This document shows positions 62,059 to 64,000 of a stretch of 64,000 bases of DNA, in pieces (positions within the stretch are counted from its first letter, which is position 1; each line of letters begins with the position of its first letter). This DNA comes from Acidobacteriota bacterium (GTDB taxonomy: Bacteria; Acidobacteriota; UBA890; WLXD01). The position numbers were made by a program, and so were the translations under genes. The notes below the pieces were generated by a model. That model searched no databases. It had not been told where the DNA came from and was given only the letters and a program-made list of their open reading frames with translations. The stretch covers positions 1,504,001 to 1,568,000 of the forward strand of contig CAXWPL010000005.1 of NCBI GenBank assembly GCA_963666215.2, in the 5' to 3' direction.

Positions 62059-63153
62059 ATGAAGGCCGCAGTGCTCCGAGAAGTAGGAAAGCCCCTTGCC
62101 ATCGAAAACGTCGAGATTGACAAGCCGGGCCCCTTGGAGGTGCTCATCCGCACCGCCGCTGCCGGGGTCTGCCACAGCGACCTCCATTTCGTCGACGGGC
62201 TGTGGCCGACTCAGCTCCCGATCATTCTCGGCCACGAATCAGCCGGTATCGTCGAGCAGGTGGGTGAGCTCGTGCGCCACGTTCAGCCGGGCGATCACGT
62301 CATCACCTGCCTTTCCGTCTTCTGCGGTCACTGCGATCACTGTCTCAGCGGGTCCCCGGCCCGCTGCGGTGGACGGGAAACGGACCGTTCTTCTACGGAG
62401 CCCGCACGCCTGCGCCGCGGCGAGGAGAGCATCGGGCAGTTCGCCCATCTCTCGTCTTTCGCGGAGCAGATGCTGGTGCACGAGAACGCCGTAGTGAAGA
62501 TCCGTGAAGACATGCCGCTGGACAAAGCCGCCCTCATCGGCTGTGGCGTCATGACGGGTGTCGGCTCGGTCTTTCGTACCGCCGCCGTCGAGCCTGGCAG
62601 CACCGTGGCGGTGATCGGCTGCGGCGGCGTTGGCCTTTCGACGATCAACGGCGCCGACCTGGCAGGTGCCAGCAGAGTGATTGCGGTCGACGTGGTGCCG
62701 TCGAAGCTCGAGCTGGCTCGGGTCTTCGGAGCTACTGATGTGGTCAATGCAAAAGAGTGCGACGCGGTGCAGGCCGTAAAGGAGCTCACGAGCGGGGGCG
62801 TGCATTACTCCTTCGAGGCGATCGGTTTGAAGCAGACCGCGGAGCAGGCCTGGTCGATGCTTCGGCCCGGGGGAACTGCCACCATCATCGGCATGATCCC
62901 CTTCGGGATCAAGATCGAGATCACCGGGCATCAGCTGCTGGCGGAGCGCAAGCTACAGGGCTCGAGCATGGGCTCGAACCGCTTCCGCATCGACATGCCT
63001 CGCTTCGTCGACTTTTATCTCGCAGGGAAGCTCCGCCTCGACGATCTGCTTTCGGCTCACATCGAGCTGCCTCAAGTGAACGAGGCGCTGCAGAATCTGA
63101 AGACGGGGGAGGTGGCTTGTCAAGTCATTCTCTTCGACGGTGCTGAAGCTTGA
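62059..63153 (+). CDS. Zn-dependent alcohol dehydrogenase (class III-like)
   Basis: GVCHSD, GHE, CGHCDHC...C, GCGVMTG, GCGGVG. Confidence 0.92.
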   Translation: MKAAVLREVGKPLAIENVEIDKPGPLEVLIRTAAAGVCHSDLHFVDGLWPTQLPIILGHESAGIVEQVGELVRHVQPGDHVITCLSVFCGHCDHCLSGSPARCGGRETDRSSTEPARLRRGEESIGQFAHLSSFAEQMLVHENAVVKIREDMPLDKAALIGCGVMTGVGSVFRTAAVEPGSTVAVIGCGGVGLSTINGADLAGASRVIAVDVVPSKLELARVFGATDVVNAKECDAVQAVKELTSGGVHYSFEAIGLKQTAEQAWSMLRPGGTATIIGMIPFGIKIEITGHQLLAERKLQGSSMGSNRFRIDMPRFVDFYLAGKLRLDDLLSAHIELPQVNEALQNLKTGEVACQVILFDGAEA

Positions 63154-63229
63154 AGGAGTGCCTACCCTCGACCCGGACAACCTCTCATCCCTCGATCGCA
63201 GGCAGGATGAACTTCTCGACGGGAAGCCA

Positions 63230-63849
63230 GGGATCGCCTTCATCCCGAGAGGTCGGAACAGACGCTCGTTGGCGAGCTCTCGCGCCGACATCCCGGTGGT
63301 GCGTGTGAGGATCGCGGAGAGCAGGTGGGGACAGACGCTGCTGTACTGGAACCGCCCAAGCTCGCCGCTTCGGCCCAGTAGATCCAGGCCGTACTGGACC
63401 CAGTCCCGCTGCCTGCGCAGGCGATTGAGCGGCTCGGCTCCCCAGGCTCCCGTCTTCCAGGCTACCGGCGCGGTCATCGTGAGAAGGTGCCGGAGGGTGA
63501 GGATGCGCTTCTGCGTCTCATCGGCTCCAGGGACGTACTCGGGAAAGAACTCGAGGACCTCCTGATCCACACTATCGATGCAGCCGTCCTCGATGGCGAT
63601 CCCGACCAGGGCGGAAAGGAAGCTCTTGGTCACCGAGGCGACGTTGTGGGTGTCGGTGAGACCCCATCCCGCGCCATATCGCTCGAAGACCACATACCCT
63701 CTCCTGACGACTACGATGCCGTTCATGTGGCGGTACCGGGAGCCGAGGGCCCTATCGAGCTCGTCAAGAGGGTGGGCGCACATGCCCACCGCTTCGGGCT
63801 CGGCCGTCCGCCAGCTCTCCGTCGGCCAGTAGTCGCGCGCATCGATCAT
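63230..63849 (-). pseudogene. Serine hydrolase (beta-lactamase class C/NylB-like), 3'-truncated
   Basis: SVTK (SxxK), LRHLLTMT, FQYSS, LFRPLGM; family-like sequence then stops and the ORF runs into the adh antisense strand. Confidence 0.72.
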
Positions 63850-64000
63850 GCGTGTTGTTTCAGAAATCGATCGGCAGATACCTGCCGGTGATCGAGTCCG
63901 GATCTCTCCGCAGGTTTGCTGGTGTCCCCTGTGCGATGATCCGACCTCCGTTCGCGCCTCCTTCCGGACCGAGCTCTATGATCCAGTCACATCTCGAAAG

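Noticed and set aside
1-64000. CRISPR array, tRNA, rRNA
   Set aside because: No regularly spaced short repeats, cloverleaf or rRNA-like sequence found by eye. A tRNAscan/Infernal run would be needed to exclude them fully.

Overview
GC-rich bacterial DNA. The gene content (several sulfatases, PQQ propellers, DUF3604, CoA-transferases) suggests an Acidobacteriota-like environmental organism, which is an inference only. The flanks (1-15.8 kb, 45.4-64 kb) are catabolic and envelope genes mixed with gene remnants and short mosaic repeats. The centre (15.8-45.4 kb) is a surface-glycan modification locus broken up by many IS elements (ISAzo13, IS21, IS30, IS3 remnant, IS5, IS6, ISKra4, integrase-core IS x2). 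Main observations: (1) a three-level nested transposon whose two inner elements have different transposase/ATPase classes but share a 4-gene layout and a homologous unknown ~115-aa last gene; (2) two probable selenoproteins split by the ORF caller, each with a UGA-x-x-C motif and a SECIS-like hairpin; (3) an in-frame 160-bp MITE inside a sulfatase lipoprotein signal peptide; (4) a family of CTAG-bounded modular repeats; (5) two nucleotidyltransferase/small-protein pairs in opposite gene order. I found no rRNA, tRNA or CRISPR array. All family assignments come from motif recognition by eye, not database searches.
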